A stretch of 63,103 nucleotides of DNA, filler included, from Squatina squatina (Eukaryota), in the NCBI GenBank assembly GCA_031763465.1. It is 4 parts of 4 records of this genome, joined end to end, with 100 filler letters (N's around TTAATTAATTAA, not from the genome) between each part and the next. Parts side by side here need not be neighbours in the genome. Positions count along the whole stretch, not along the records: positions 50,669 to 63,103 come from JARFOE010000162.1; 3 more parts are not named here. One strand, 5' to 3'. The first letter of the stretch is position 1. Every line of letters starts with the position of its first letter. Made by a program: the position numbers and the translations under genes. The notes under the pieces were generated by a model. The model had not been told where the DNA came from and did no database searches. It saw only the letters and a program-made list of their open reading frames with translations. Below, one piece after another: positions 50,625 to 62,294 of this stretch.

Positions 50625-50668
50625 NNNNNNNNNNNNNNNNNNNNNNNNNNNNNNNNNNNNNNNNNNNN

Positions 50669-50775
50669 AGTCAAAGGTTATGGGGAACAGGCAGGAAAGT
50701 GGAGTTGAGGCCAGAATCAGATCTCAGGGGCCAAATGGCCTACTCCTGCTCCTATTTCTTATGTTCTTATGTTAT
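50669..50775 (+). mobile_element. CR1 3' tail
   Basis: gggccaaatggcctactcctgctcctatttcttatgttcttatgtt. Confidence 0.75.
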
Positions 50776-50944
50776 GAGGCACATGGAGCTTGGCACCATC
50801 CAATTACGAACGTGCTCCCAGAGCCACTTCTAAATTGTGGCTGGAGACTAAAGCAAAGTGAAGACAAACAAGGAAGAGCAGGCATTGCTCTCCTCAAACA
50901 CAAACAATATAAAATATAAAAGGGTCTAAGCAAGACACACTGAC

Positions 50945-51073
50945 CTTTTTAACTCCCAGGATATCTTCTATAAGTGTAGCAGTTTGCAAAAAGGTCTTTT
51001 TATTTGTCATGAGTGTGAAGAGGAACAGCACAAAGTCATTCCGTTCTGAGAGGCGCTTCGTCACTCCGTCCGT
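50945..51073 (-). CDS. TRPC4AP: TRPC4-associated protein (TRUSS), internal exon (not in ORF track)
   Basis: Manual minus-strand translation TDGVTKRLSERNDFVLFLFTLMTNKKTFLQTATLIEDILGVKK (129 nt, phase 0/0), between ttttag and gtcagt. Matches TRPC4AP TEGVTKRLAEKNDFVIFLFTLM...IEDILGVKK. Confidence 0.92.
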
Positions 51074-52210
51074 CTAAAAGTAAGAGGACACTGCATCATC
51101 TACTGTGGACAGAACCTTCAAATATAGAAACCACACGCACCAAATACCGGCAACCGTTAAATCCCATGCCTAAAATTATTTCTGGAACTGCCCAACTGAT
51201 CTTAGCTTCTTTTCAACATTTCTCATTTCACCATCCACCCCACCAACTCCACTTCACAATACACTGTTAGATGCATTCTGCTGTTTTTCAACCTTCCCAA
51301 GCCCAGCCACCCTCTTCCCCTCTCAAGAATTAAGCCCAACTAAAGGAAATTTTGCCACCGGTTTCCTGACAGCTTCCGAATGTGCATGAGGGACAAATCA
51401 TCCCCATTTGTTCAAACCAACTGTATGTCCCTCGACTAACTGTGGCTCATGAGATCACCGTCACATTGTCTTTTCATTTTACTANNNNNNNNNNNNNNNN
51501 NNNNNNNNNNNNNNNNNNNNNNNNNNNNNNNNNNNNNNNNNNNNNNNNNNNNNNNNNNNNNNNNNNNNNNNNNNNNNNNNNNNNACTCACTGGCTTGTCG
51601 GGCTTACAATGGACTCAACTGAACAACGTAAGACTCAATGTTTAGAATCCAAGTCACACTTTCAACCCCATCATTGTAAAATACAACTTTGAAAGGAATT
51701 TAAAAAAAAGACATCCTAGGTGCATTCATTTGTTAGATACTGGTCTAAACAAAGCAATGATTGAACTCACTCAGGAGACTGTCTTACTTTAAAAAGAGGG
51801 TGTGATCAATACTACTGCTTGGGGGGAAAGTAGCTAATGACAAATGGAACCCCTCCACCCTCACCATTCACGAATCTGCTTCCAGTGAAAGGAACTCCTT
51901 TGCTTGCCTAGCTGTGCTCCAGCAGTGCCCTCTGTTACTAAATAAACATAATTTCCAGATGTTGGCTGCCATTGTGTAGTAATGGAGTATTTTGCAATTT
52001 TACATATGGCATCACCCAGTCAGGCTTCTAATGAGAAACGGACATCCTTTTAGTCTTATCTGTCTCACCCACCAACCCCACCCCACCTTGCCTCCTTCCC
52101 TCGTCTCCTCTTCTCCTCCACTCCCACACACAGGATTTCAGAAAATATATTTTCTTCACATCTTAAATAACCTCTAATGTATCTTCAAAGCATTTTAGTG
52201 CAGTACTTAC

Positions 52211-52327
52211 ATCTACTCCACCGAACAGATCGAAAATGTGCGTGTTGGGAAATTTGGACTCCTGGGCACCTTTCCCATCCTCGGTCACAAACGCCATTGC
52301 CTCCATTGAGAGGAGTGGAGCAATCTC
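52211..52327 (-). CDS. TRPC4AP: TRPC4AP internal exon (upstream of the 50945-51073 exon; not in ORF track)
   Basis: EIAPLLSMEAMAFVTEDGKGAQESKFPNTHIFDLFGGVD (117 nt), between gtgtag and gtaagt. Matches TRPC4AP EISPLLSMEAMAFVTE...PNTYIFDLFGGVD. Confidence 0.92.
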
Positions 52328-52860
52328 CTACACACAAGGGAAAGAGGGAACAATCAACACCTCAACCGACCNNNNNNNNNNNNNNNNNNNNNNNNNNNNN
52401 NNNNNNNNNNNNNNNNNNNNNNNNNNNNNNNNNNNNNNNNNNNNNNNNNNNNNNNNNNNNNNNNNNNNNNNTGGCCTACTCCTGCACCTATTTTCTATGT
52501 TTCTATTTTTATGTTTCAATTTCAAGATTTCTTGTATATCTATTTTATTAATCATGTTATGATTGGTGCTGCTCTCAACTTCTCTCTCGTTCCTCCAAAA
52601 GCTCAAAATGTCCTATATGCTCTTTCTGCTCCACACATTTTCATCATGTTCACCGACTCTGTCTCATTCTTCCCAAGACTTCAAACCTTTGAAACTCTTT
52701 ATCTCCTAGAGTGTTTCCATCCTCATTCAAGCTTTTAAAACCAGTCGCCATTTCTTGGTTAGTTTCTTATTCTTTTCAGAAATGGTAGGTTCATGCATTA
52801 TAGTCCTCAGCTCTCCATCTTGTTTTCTTACTAAGAAAAGAACAATCTTGTGTGTTGTAG

Positions 52861-53044
52861 AAATCTCCTGCTTCCAAAACAAATGCCAGCTGAGAGACCC
52901 TGGGCAAAATTCTACATCAAGGTTTATAAGGCAGAGGACCTCCCCAGCATGAACTCAGGAATCATGGGGAGTTTTTCAAAAATTCTAGGAGAGGACAAAG
53001 TTTTCATTGATCCTTACATCCAAGTCACCTTTGCAGGACAGCAG
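52861..53044 (+). CDS. FER1L4: Type II ferlin (FER1L4-like) exon, FerI to start of a C2 domain
   Basis: NLLLPKQMPAERPWAKFYIKVYKAEDLPSMNSGIMGSFSKILGEDKVFIDPYIQVTFAGQQ, between ttgtag and gtaaag. Otoferlin/FER1L4/FER1L6 family; FER1L4 favoured by the TRPC4AP/AHCY neighbours and terminal-exon residues. Confidence 0.8.
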
Positions 53045-53154
53045 GTAAAGAAATTAAATATATTCTTGTAAAAATGAGAATGCTAGTTTGTTTCTTGGAA
53101 CCTATGTTATCTGCAGCCTTATTAACTGCTTTCCTGATTACTTGCCACATTGTT

Positions 53155-53625
53155 ATAAGATATGAACATACAATAATTATGGGTAGGAAAAGACCATCTG
53201 GTCCATGGAGCATCGTGACTCGACCCTTCCTATTCCCAGCAACCATGTAATCTGCTGGGAGAGGCACAAAACCGGAAAAAGAAACCCAGGGCCAAAAAGG
53301 GAAAGAAATCTGGAAAATTCCTCTCCGACCCAGTCAAGTGATCAAAACCAGTCCAGGAGACCACATGGACCATGTGTATATTAACTGCTAAATCAATTTA
53401 CCTTTTATAAAATATGATCTCTGCCCCAGCCAGGAACCTGTCTAGCTCCCTTTTGAAAGTGTGCAGAGAGTCACCACACACTCACACCAGCCAGCAACAT
53501 ATTCCAAAGGTTCACTACTCCCTGGGAAAAGATGAACCGCCTAACACCCAGGATATTCCTTCTCTTGCACAGTTTGAACGAATGTCCCTTGTTCCATCCA
53601 ATCTGTCAAACTGAAATAATCTATC
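53155..53625 (-). mobile_element. CR1-type 3' end (long 3'UTR subfamily)
   Basis: ggaaaagaccatctggtccat tail and a reverse-strand RVVNLWNML motif. Confidence 0.55.
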
Positions 53626-53744
53626 AATAGATACGCAATCCATCTGTTTTTAAAGGGACTATATTACCCTTGACTACCTCTTTTCTTCCAATATAATTGT
53701 AAAAACTTTTTGTGTTAATCTTGGTATCCCTCGCGTAAAAGTCT

Positions 53745-54108
53745 TCAGGTATGTGGAGAGACTGGAGAAGCTGGAATTGTTCTCCTTGGAGCAGAGAAGA
53801 TTCTGGGGAGATTTGATAGAGGTGTTCAAAATTATGAAGGGTTTTGATAGAGTAGATAAAGGAAAACTGTTTCCACTGGCAGAAGGGTCGGTAACCAGAG
53901 GACACAGATTCAGATAATTGGCAAAAGAACCAGGGGCGGGGTGGATGAGGAGAAATTTTGCATTGCCTGAATGGGTGGTGGAAGCAAGTTCAATTGTAAC
54001 TTTCAAAAGGGAAAATTTTCAGGGCTATTGGGAATAAACAAGGGACCAATTGGACAGCTCTTTCATAGAGCTAGCAGGATTGATGAATGGCCTCCTTCTG
54101 TGCGTTAA
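53745..54108 (+). mobile_element. CR1 3' end
   Basis: YVERLEKLELFSLEQRRFWGDLIEVFKIMKGFDRVDKGKLFPLAEGSVTRGHRF. Confidence 0.85.
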
Positions 54109-54210
54109 GANNNNNNNNNNNNNNNNNNNNNNNNNNNNNNNNNNNNNNNNNNNNNNNNNNNNNNNNNNNNNNNNNNNNNNNNNNNNNNNNNNNNNNNNNN
54201 NNNNNNNNNN

Positions 54211-54568
54211 GTGAGTACCATCTACAAGATGCACTGCAGCAACTTGCCAAGGCTTCTTCAGCAGCACATCCCAAACCCACGACCTCTACCATCTAGAAGG
54301 ACAAGGGCAGCAGACGCATGGGAACAGCACCACCTTCAAGATCCCCTCCAAGTCACACGCCACCCTGACTTGGAAGTCTATCGTCGTTCTTCGTCATTAC
54401 TGGATCAAAATCCTGGAACTCCCTCCCTAACAGCACTGTGGAAGTTCCTTCACCACAAGGACTGCAGCAGTTGAAAAAGGTGGCTCATCAGCACCTTCTC
54501 AAGGGCAATTAGGGATGGGCAATAAATGCTGGCCTTGCCAGCGACACCCACATCCCAGGAACGAATTC
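54211..54568 (+). mobile_element. Non-LTR retrotransposon 3' end (clade not assigned)
   Basis: TIYKMHCSNLPRLLQQHIPNPRPLPSRRTRAA and SKSWNSLPNS motifs, then the tail gggcaattagggatgggcaataaatgctggccttgccagcg. Confidence 0.7.
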
Positions 54569-54956
54569 TTAAAATGTTCTATCTTTAAACTGGTTCTGAA
54601 ATTATTGCTTCACTGCAGAAGAACAATCTTTTGTTGAATTATTTTGAACAGTGTCATCTCCTAACGCCATTGCCCCAAAACCCCCAATACTGCATGTCAC
54701 AGACTTGTGTCAGAATATCAACAACAGCCTGTTGGGGGCGGAGCTTCACCCCGCACTCCAAACATGGCCATTGTCTTGTGGGGGGGGGGAGTCTGGAAGC
54801 AGTGAATTTCAAGACCAGTAAATTAAATTTACAACCTAAGTTAATAATTGTCAGTTTATTAAATTTTTGAAATTCTAAACTGGAAAAAAATTGTGGTCAT
54901 ATAATCTTGGGAAGGGGGAAGGGGGAAAGCCTCAAATAGGTTTAAAAATAATCGCA

Positions 54957-55270
54957 GGGAGCTCCCCTGACTGATCAACTGGTAAAGGCTAGTAGCTGAA
55001 CCATGGGGGCCAGGAAGATCCCAGGTTCTGTGTCAAGTTAGCTGATTATTGCCAAGATCGAGGCTGTAACAATTGACCTCAGTGCCTATCAGTTAAAGAA
55101 GGGACTACCAAACGGGCTTCCAACTCCTGATCACTATCCAGCTGTGTGTGCTGGCGTGTACACAAGGTTGTGGATGGTCAAGCTTGAATCTTGTGCCCCC
55201 AATGGAGAATAACCTATTTGCCACTGTCCAGACTCGCACATGAAGAAAGGTTAATTTTGGTGAAGGTAAC
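54957..55270 (+). mobile_element. Second SINE-like family, decayed copy
   Basis: tRNA-like head (gggagc...ctggtaaa...cccaggttc) and similarity to 23690-23950. Confidence 0.4.
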
Positions 55271-55584
55271 TCATCATGGGGGAAGTCCCAGGAAGAGTCA
55301 GCACCTTCAGGAGAGGAGAAGGAAAATAGAAATAACAATTTAACAAAATAAACCTGGGCCTCTGTAATTTGTTGAGTAACTGTGGCCACAGCAGGTGAAT
55401 ATTTTGAAGAATATTAATGGAGATATTGAGTTGGGCACATCTTCTATTTATAAAGAAGCTCACTGGTTTCACTCAGATGCAAACAATCCGTTTGGTGCAC
55501 CAAGTAATCTCAAGCACTTTAACCTTGCATTTCTTACTTACAAACTGTACTGAAATCTTCAATTACTTTCATTAATAAATATAA

Positions 55585-55773
<189 letters not shown>

Positions 55774-55946
55774 TAAGTACCTTTCGAGAAAAAACTCGCC
55801 AGGCTTCCAAACACAAATCTGTTAGATAAGATGTAAGTTTACAATATCACTGCGATGTATGAATTGGAGGAGATGATTCTTAGCAGCATCACTTCCCCCC
55901 TCAGAAAACAGTTTCTTTCATCATTATCATGATGGCATTTCATTTA

Positions 55947-56391
55947 GTGCCAGCTGTGTCTCAGTGAGTAGCACTCTCACCTCTGAGTCAGAAGGTTGTG
56001 GGTTCAAGTTCCCACTCCAGGGATTTGAGAACATAAATCTAGGCTGACACTCCAGCGCAGTGCTGAGGGAGCGCGGCACTGTCAGAGATGCTGTCTTTCG
56101 GATGAGACGTTAAACCGAGGGCCCCTCTGCTCTCTCAGGTGGATGTAAAAGATCCCATGGCACGATTCGAAGAAGGGCAGGGGCGTTATCCCCAGTGCCC
56201 TGGCCAATATTTATCCCTCAATCAACAAAAAAAGCAGATTATCTGGTCATCATCACATTGCTATTTGTGGGAGCTTGCTGTTTGCAAATTGGCTGCTGCG
56301 ATTCCCACTTTACAACAGTGATGACACTCCAAAAGTACTTCATTGGCTGTAAAGCGCTTTGAGACATCCAGTGGCCGTGAAAGGCGCTATA
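55947..56391 (+). mobile_element. Near full-length Deu-domain tRNA-SINE (SacSINE1-like)
   Basis: A-box-like tgtctcagtgagta, B-box gggttcaagttccc, Deu core ggatgagacgttaaaccgagg...aaagatcccatggcac, tail gtaaagcgctttgag...gaaaggcgctata. Confidence 0.85.
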
Positions 56392-56527
56392 NNNNNNNNN
56401 NNNNNNNNNNNNNNNNNNNNNNNNNNNNNNNNNNNNNNNNNNNNNNNNNNNNNNNNNNNNNNNNNNNNNNNNNNNNNNNNNNNNNNNNNNNCACAGGACC
56501 CGTTACATATAAAATGTTTCTCTTTAA

Positions 56528-56788
<261 letters not shown>

Positions 56789-57684
56789 TAACGCTTTTGG
56801 CTCCAGAATTCTTTCTTTTTTATTTTTTCTCTTCCTTTTCCCCTCTCTTGTTTTCTCCACCACCCCACCCTTCCCATAATGGGTGATTGAGTAATGCCAT
56901 TAAACTGGAGATTGTTTACTGGTGAGCACTGGCTCTTTTACAGACACAATAAAGCTTTGGTACAGTCGGTGAGCTTGTTTGGTCTGTACATCTGACCTGA
57001 CCTAATCTAAGCCAAGTGTGTACATGAAAGGAGAAGGACAACCTGCTGTGCTCAATATAGATTCTCTGCCCTTGGAGATTATTTCATCATCTATATTTTG
57101 AGGAAGGATTTATTTATCTCGCGCGCTCTCTCTTTCTCTCTCTCTCTTCCCCCCCCACCTCTCCCTCTCTCACCACCCCCCCTTCCGCACAATNNNNNNN
57201 NNNNNNNNNNNNNNNNNNNNNNNNNNNNNNNNNNNNNNNNNNNNNNNNNNNNNNNNNNNNNNNNNNNNNNNNNNNNNNNNNNNNNNNNNNNNNATGAAGG
57301 AAGTGCGATGGATCCAGTCAGGCTCTGTCTGACACAATGGAAGGGGGCTGATGGTTGAGGGAAAAGGAGGACATTTCAGAAATCTGAGTTAGAGGAAGTA
57401 CACCCCAGAGGAGTGTTGTGGGAGGAGGTGAATGGGCATGTGTGTGACCCAGCTTGAGAGGAAGTGCGTGACCCAGCTTGAGAGGTAGTGCATTACCCCA
57501 GTGTACCCATTTTCGAAGAGTCCTCAGACACTTAATTTCGTGAACATCAGAGCATCAATACAACACAAAGTAACAAATATGGCACAATCGCTTCCTTGAC
57601 ATGAAATTCTGTAGCACACCTAAAGTGGTGCAAACTTCTGATATTGGCTGATTAACTAATTTGTGTGTTTGTCTCATTCTCCAG

Positions 57685-57802
57685 TCGACCCAACACATCC
57701 TTTAACTGGTTCATCAACCCTCTGAAATCCTTCGTCTACTTTATCTGGAAGAACTACAAGTGTTCAAGGCAGCAGTACACAGAGACTTTGTGCCCAGAGT
57801 AG
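57685..57802 (+). CDS. FER1L4: FER1L4-like terminal exon, homology ends before the transmembrane anchor
   Basis: Acceptor ctccag, then RPNTSFNWFINPLKSFVYFIWKNYK (ferlin C-terminal motif), then unrelated CSRQQYTETLCPE and TAG at 57800-57802. Confidence 0.75.
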
Positions 57803-58391
57803 CTGTTTGATTCGGATCTCTTAGAGATTTAATGAGGCAGTGTCAGTTCTTTCAACTCTTTTCACATTGCCGATATTGTGCCTTTGGCTAACAACATTAT
57901 TTACTACTTTTCTTCCAAAAAGTTGCCTACAAGTTCTGGCATTTAACTTGAAAAAGCAATCATACTTTGGTGGATGCTATAATCCTAAAACAGTTGTGAA
58001 CATTATCAAATCAGATTCTATATTACAAATTGGCGATGTTCAGTAATATCAACATTCTGCACTGATGTCTTGGAAAAAGAATGGAATGAGGTCATCTCAG
58101 TCCACTTCCCTGCATCAATCATGAACCAGAGCCACACCTTTTGCCAACCCCACTTCCTTCTATGTTCATCCCTGAAAAATAACTCTCCCCAAATCACTTA
58201 CAACTGCATCTTCAAACTCCCAAGTGTTTCACCATTGTCTCCCCATTCACCACAATAGTTCTGCAGCTGTCGATCTACTCAACCACTCCCTNNNNNNNNN
58301 NNNNNNNNNNNNNNNNNNNNNNNNNNNNNNNNNNNNNNNNNNNNNNNNNNNNNNNNNNNNNNNNNNNNNNNNNNNNNNNNNNNNNNNNNNN

Positions 58392-58500
58392 TGCAGGGCT
58401 ACGGGGAAAGGGTGGGGGAGTGGGGCTAGCTGAAGTGCTGTTGCAGGCTTGACAAGCCGGATGGCTTCCTTCTGTGTTGTATCATTCTGTTTGTATGATT
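58392..58500 (+). mobile_element. CR1 3' tail
   Basis: tgcagggctacggggaaag...gccggatggcttccttctgtgttgtatcattct. Confidence 0.65.
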
Positions 58501-58779
58501 GTGGTTGCATATGAGCTGAACATTAATAGATTGGAAACCCTTGCAGTTACAAAGGGTCCTGGCTGGTCAGGAGGTGCCCTGATTATTGTGTGTGCAGTCT
58601 ATGGCACCCTGCAGTTACTGTATGAATACACGGGTTTTTTAGGCAGCCAAAATTTATAACTTATTGGATAATTTTGCAAGTTTAAAGCAACTATGTCACA
58701 CACTAATTATGCTTTAGTTATGTCCTAGTGACAAGTGTTCCATTCGTGTTCTTTTGTGCACTCGTCTCATTATACTGAC

Positions 58780-58855
58780 CAGGAACTCCAGATTTGGCAA
58801 TCGCTGCTGCTGCATGATCTTGAGTAGAGAAAATATTGCAGCTGGACCATTGGAC
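58780..58855 (-). CDS. AHCY: Adenosylhomocysteinase internal exon
   Basis: [25 protein letters not shown] (76 nt), between atttcag and gtcagt. Near-identical to [29 protein letters not shown]. Confidence 0.93.
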
Positions 58856-60333
58856 CTGAAATGAGATCAAAGTCTTGGTTACAACGATAGCACGGACTTC
58901 AGCCTGCATTTGGCAATAGCACATGGCAAAGGGGTAGAAAAATGCAACTGAACATTCATTCACCAAGGCAGGATTCAGAAGGTGCTTATAATGTAATACC
59001 TCAAAATTAGTGGAAATCCTTCCATTTTCCAAAACTGACATTCCTCACCTTGAGCACAAAAAGATCTATTTAAAACGATAAGAGGAAGTCACAAAATGCT
59101 TATGCATGATGACTAAATTATTTGTTTTCAAACAGTTTGTTCAAGGACTCGATTGTGCTGGGTAACTGCCAGTTTGTGCAATCTGTTAATTGTCATAAAT
59201 TGATTACAGACCGCTGTGAATCCAACACTTGCTCACATTTACATTGGCAAAAATATCACAAAAGGAGGGTGAAGCACAAGACCAGGAAAATATGCACAGG
59301 GATAAATGTAATAATTTGCCATACATCTCCCCTTGCAAGCTGACAGCGAGTGGCTCCCTCTCCTCCATCCATCCCCCTCAACCCCTGTCCTTGCTACCTA
59401 CTGCCCCTCTTTCCTTCCCAAACTTCCTGAATGTTGTCAATCCCAGATCCGTGCCCACCTCTCCTGCAACTCCCAGTATGAATCTGACCAATCTGCTCCC
59501 ACCACAGCATCCAAACAGCAAGAAACAAAATCTCAAGAGCCATGGTGCATTATCCTGCCTTGCTCGCTCAGCAGCCTACTACATGATCAAACCCCAAAGC
59601 AAACACCACTCCCTCCATTCTNNNNNNNNNNNNNNNNNNNNNNNNNNNNNNNNNNNNNNNNNNNNNNNNNNNNNNNNNNNNNNNNNNNNNNNNNNNNNNN
59701 NNNNNNNNNNNNNNNNNNNNNAAAACTATTTACAGCTTTTGTAACAAAACATTTTATCATAAATGGTTAAATATAGGTTTAATGGCAGATATCTGATCCC
59801 TAGTAATTTAACATGCGGGTGGAACAGCATTCTTACCAACATTGGCATGGATTGTTCTCAGTGCATCTGGGCAATAAGTGACCTCCTTGGTGACCTTCTT
59901 GCTAACTGTCTCATATGGAGAGCGTAACAAGGGATGTCACTGTGGTGAGTATCTATCCAAACGCACCATCCAAGCTACTTCTGAAACTTATGCTAAAGGG
60001 GATGAAAATCAACGTGGTGACAGTTCAAACCCAAAATAGGAAAAAAACTTGCTAAGCATGGATAGGAACCAGCTCCATTTTGATTTGGGTACTATCATCT
60101 TAATATTCAGCTTTGAAGAACTAACTGAAACTGAATCTAAATATAAATCTAAAAACTGAATTAATCCCAACACTCATCCCAACCCCATCCCGAGCCCCAA
60201 TCCCAACCCTAACCTTAAACCAAATTCTAAACCTTAAACCAAATTCTAAACCTTCCCTTGTGAACTTTCTGTGTTGTACAATTGGCGTTGCATGCGTTGG
60301 TGACAGTAGCGGGCGTTTGCGGTTTGTTGGCAG

Positions 60334-60590
60334 GTATTGGCACGGTTCCCGTTGGGCGTGTGGAGACGGGCGTGCTGAAACCAAGCATGGTAGTGACCTT
60401 TGCCCCAGTCAACATCACAACGGAGGTGAAGTCGGTGGAGATGCACCATGAAGCCCTGTCCGAGGCCCAGCCTGGCGACAACGTGGGCTTCAACGTGAAG
60501 AACGTGTCAGTCAAGGATGTTCGCCGTGGCAACGTGTGCGGAGACAGCAAGAACGACCCGCCCATGGAAGCCTGCACCTTCACCGCCCAG
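60334..60590 (+). CDS. EEF1A2: Elongation factor 1-alpha (A2-type) internal exon, domain II
   Basis: [85 protein letters not shown] (257 nt), between ggcag and gtgggt. VNIT and GNVCG are A2-type, and KCNQ2 lies downstream on the same strand. Confidence 0.8.
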
Positions 60591-60950
60591 GTGGGTCACC
60601 CTGAGTGCAGAGATTCATCACGGGGTTGTGGGGGGTGGCGGCGGCGGCGAAGGAAGGTGGATGAAACACAGTGGCATCACTGAGCCAATCTCACATTCCT
60701 CACAGGGGTCAGGGAGCGCTGTTGGCCAGCTTTGGAGCATGACCATGGAGACTGGAGGGAAAGCCTATAAACCTTGGGAGAGAAGGGTTTTGCATCGGTT
60801 TTTACAGTAGAAGATACTACAAACATCCCACTAATATTAAATAATGCAGANNNNNNNNNNNNNNNNNNNNNNNNNNNNNNNNNNNNNNNNNNNNNNNNNN
60901 NNNNNNNNNNNNNNNNNNNNNNNNNNNNNNNNNNNNNNNNNNNNNNNNNN

Positions 60951-61025
60951 TCATATTGAATGGTGGAGCAGGCTCGAAGGGCCGAATGGCCTACTCCTGC
61001 TCCTATTTTCTATGTTTCTATGTTT
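60951..61025 (+). mobile_element. CR1 3' tail
   Basis: gaatggtggagcaggctcgaagggccgaatggcctactcctgctcctattttctatgtttctatgtttc. Confidence 0.8.
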
Positions 61026-61407
61026 CTTTCCTCCTGCCCATGGGTCCATTCAGGATCTGATCCAGGCCGCACAGCAGGGACTGGGAACCCCGTGATGCAA
61101 TGGATCTCTGGCATGTGACGTGTCCCACCCCACTGCCCATAGGAAAATTCCCAACACTGAACAGGAATTCCCAGTTAAGCACCTGGCTCCCACCAGCAGA
61201 TTCCTCATCAGTCCTGTGGACTTGGGGGCGGGGGGAGGTGCAGTTTAATGGTCTAAACCTTTATCATGTCCATCAGTGGAAGTGCTGTTAACGTGGCAGA
61301 GTTCACCTTGAGTAACCACGGCGATGTTCAATGTTTGACAGACCGGCTGTCCATTCAGTGCCGCTCATACTCATTTGATTTAGAGCGGAGATCTCAAACT
61401 ATCTCAC

Positions 61408-61657
61408 CTGGGAAACACAGCTCTGGCAGTCCACACAGGTCGATTCCCCTCGGAACACTGAGATGCTCCTTAAAAAGTTCCATGTTGACAAAGTGTTGGC
61501 CCGAAGGGAATACGAGTCCAGTGATCTCCTCTGGCTTTCCCGATGGGGTGTGGGAATGGGCGCGAGAATTGGTTTGAGGGTCAATGAATGGCGGCGTGTG
61601 AATGGACAACACCTCTGGGGAGACATCCGAAACATCAGAGATATCGTTGTGTAGATC
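61408..61657 (-). CDS. DENND3-like exon (uDENN region of a DENN-domain Rab GEF)
   Basis: 250-nt open exon between tcttttgcag and gtgaga: DLHNDISDVSDVSPEVLSIHTPPFI...EHLSVPRGIDLCGLPELCFP(G). Both ends match recalled DENND3 motifs (PEVLSIFVPPFI; VAVPGGVDLLTLPQLCFPG). Confidence 0.75.
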
Positions 61658-62294
61658 CTGCAAAAGAGATATTGTTAGGGAACAGAAAATAAATTGTGTG
61701 GCATAATACACGACTCCAGAATAACTCCTCCTCCAACTTGATCTTTTGATTTCATTAAGAAAACTACTTCAAGAGACCATGATCCACAGTGCAGGACACA
61801 GAGCAGAAGGGAAGGCGAGGAAAGTCAACAAGTTGTGACGAGGTGTTGCTGAGCTTAATTTTGTAGGTCTTTGTCAGGAGGATTGGTGGAGGAAGGGCTG
61901 AGAGAAGGAAGGGAAGACTGAGGATTGGAGGGTGCTCCCACATCTGGGATGGGGACCTCTTCGAGCACTTTTCTCTCACTCTGTAAAAACTGGTCATCTT
62001 TTAGATCCTCTCTGAGCTTTAGCCTCTGAACTTACTCAGCGGTTCTTTCTCAGGACCTCAGTAGTATGAACTTCTTTCCTCCCTCAGTCATCCCTTCCTT
62101 CTCTCAGCCCTTCCTCCACCAATCCTCCTGACAAACAGTGGTGCTTGGCAGAGAAGAGGAAACCCTGAGAGACNNNNNNNNNNNNNNNNNNNNNNNNNNN
62201 NNNNNNNNNNNNNNNNNNNNNNNNNNNNNNNNNNNNNNNNNNNNNNNNNNNNNNNNNNNNNNNNNNNNNNNNNAAACACACATTTGTTTTCGAT

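Noticed and set aside
55947-56030. tRNA gene
   Set aside because: The A/B boxes belong to the head of a SINE; there is no complete cloverleaf.
57840-58046. Hydrophobic ORF (SVLSTLFTLPILCLWLTTLFTTFLP) as the missing ferlin TM exon
   Set aside because: The nearby AG sites (57840, 57846) do not give an in-frame join from the weak GT at 57760, there is no good polypyrimidine tract, and similarity to ferlin tails is poor.
59229-59770. 171-aa and 145-aa Pro/Ser-rich ORFs
   Set aside because: C/T-rich decayed repeat-like sequence running into a gap; no splice signals or recognisable domain.
59862-59950. Possible exon between ttctcag and gtgagt
   Set aside because: Stop codons in all three frames and no recognisable product.
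60121-60255. Interstitial telomeric repeat
   Set aside because: Only a degenerate hexamer-like tract with one CCCTAA and a 19-bp duplication; simple low-complexity sequence.
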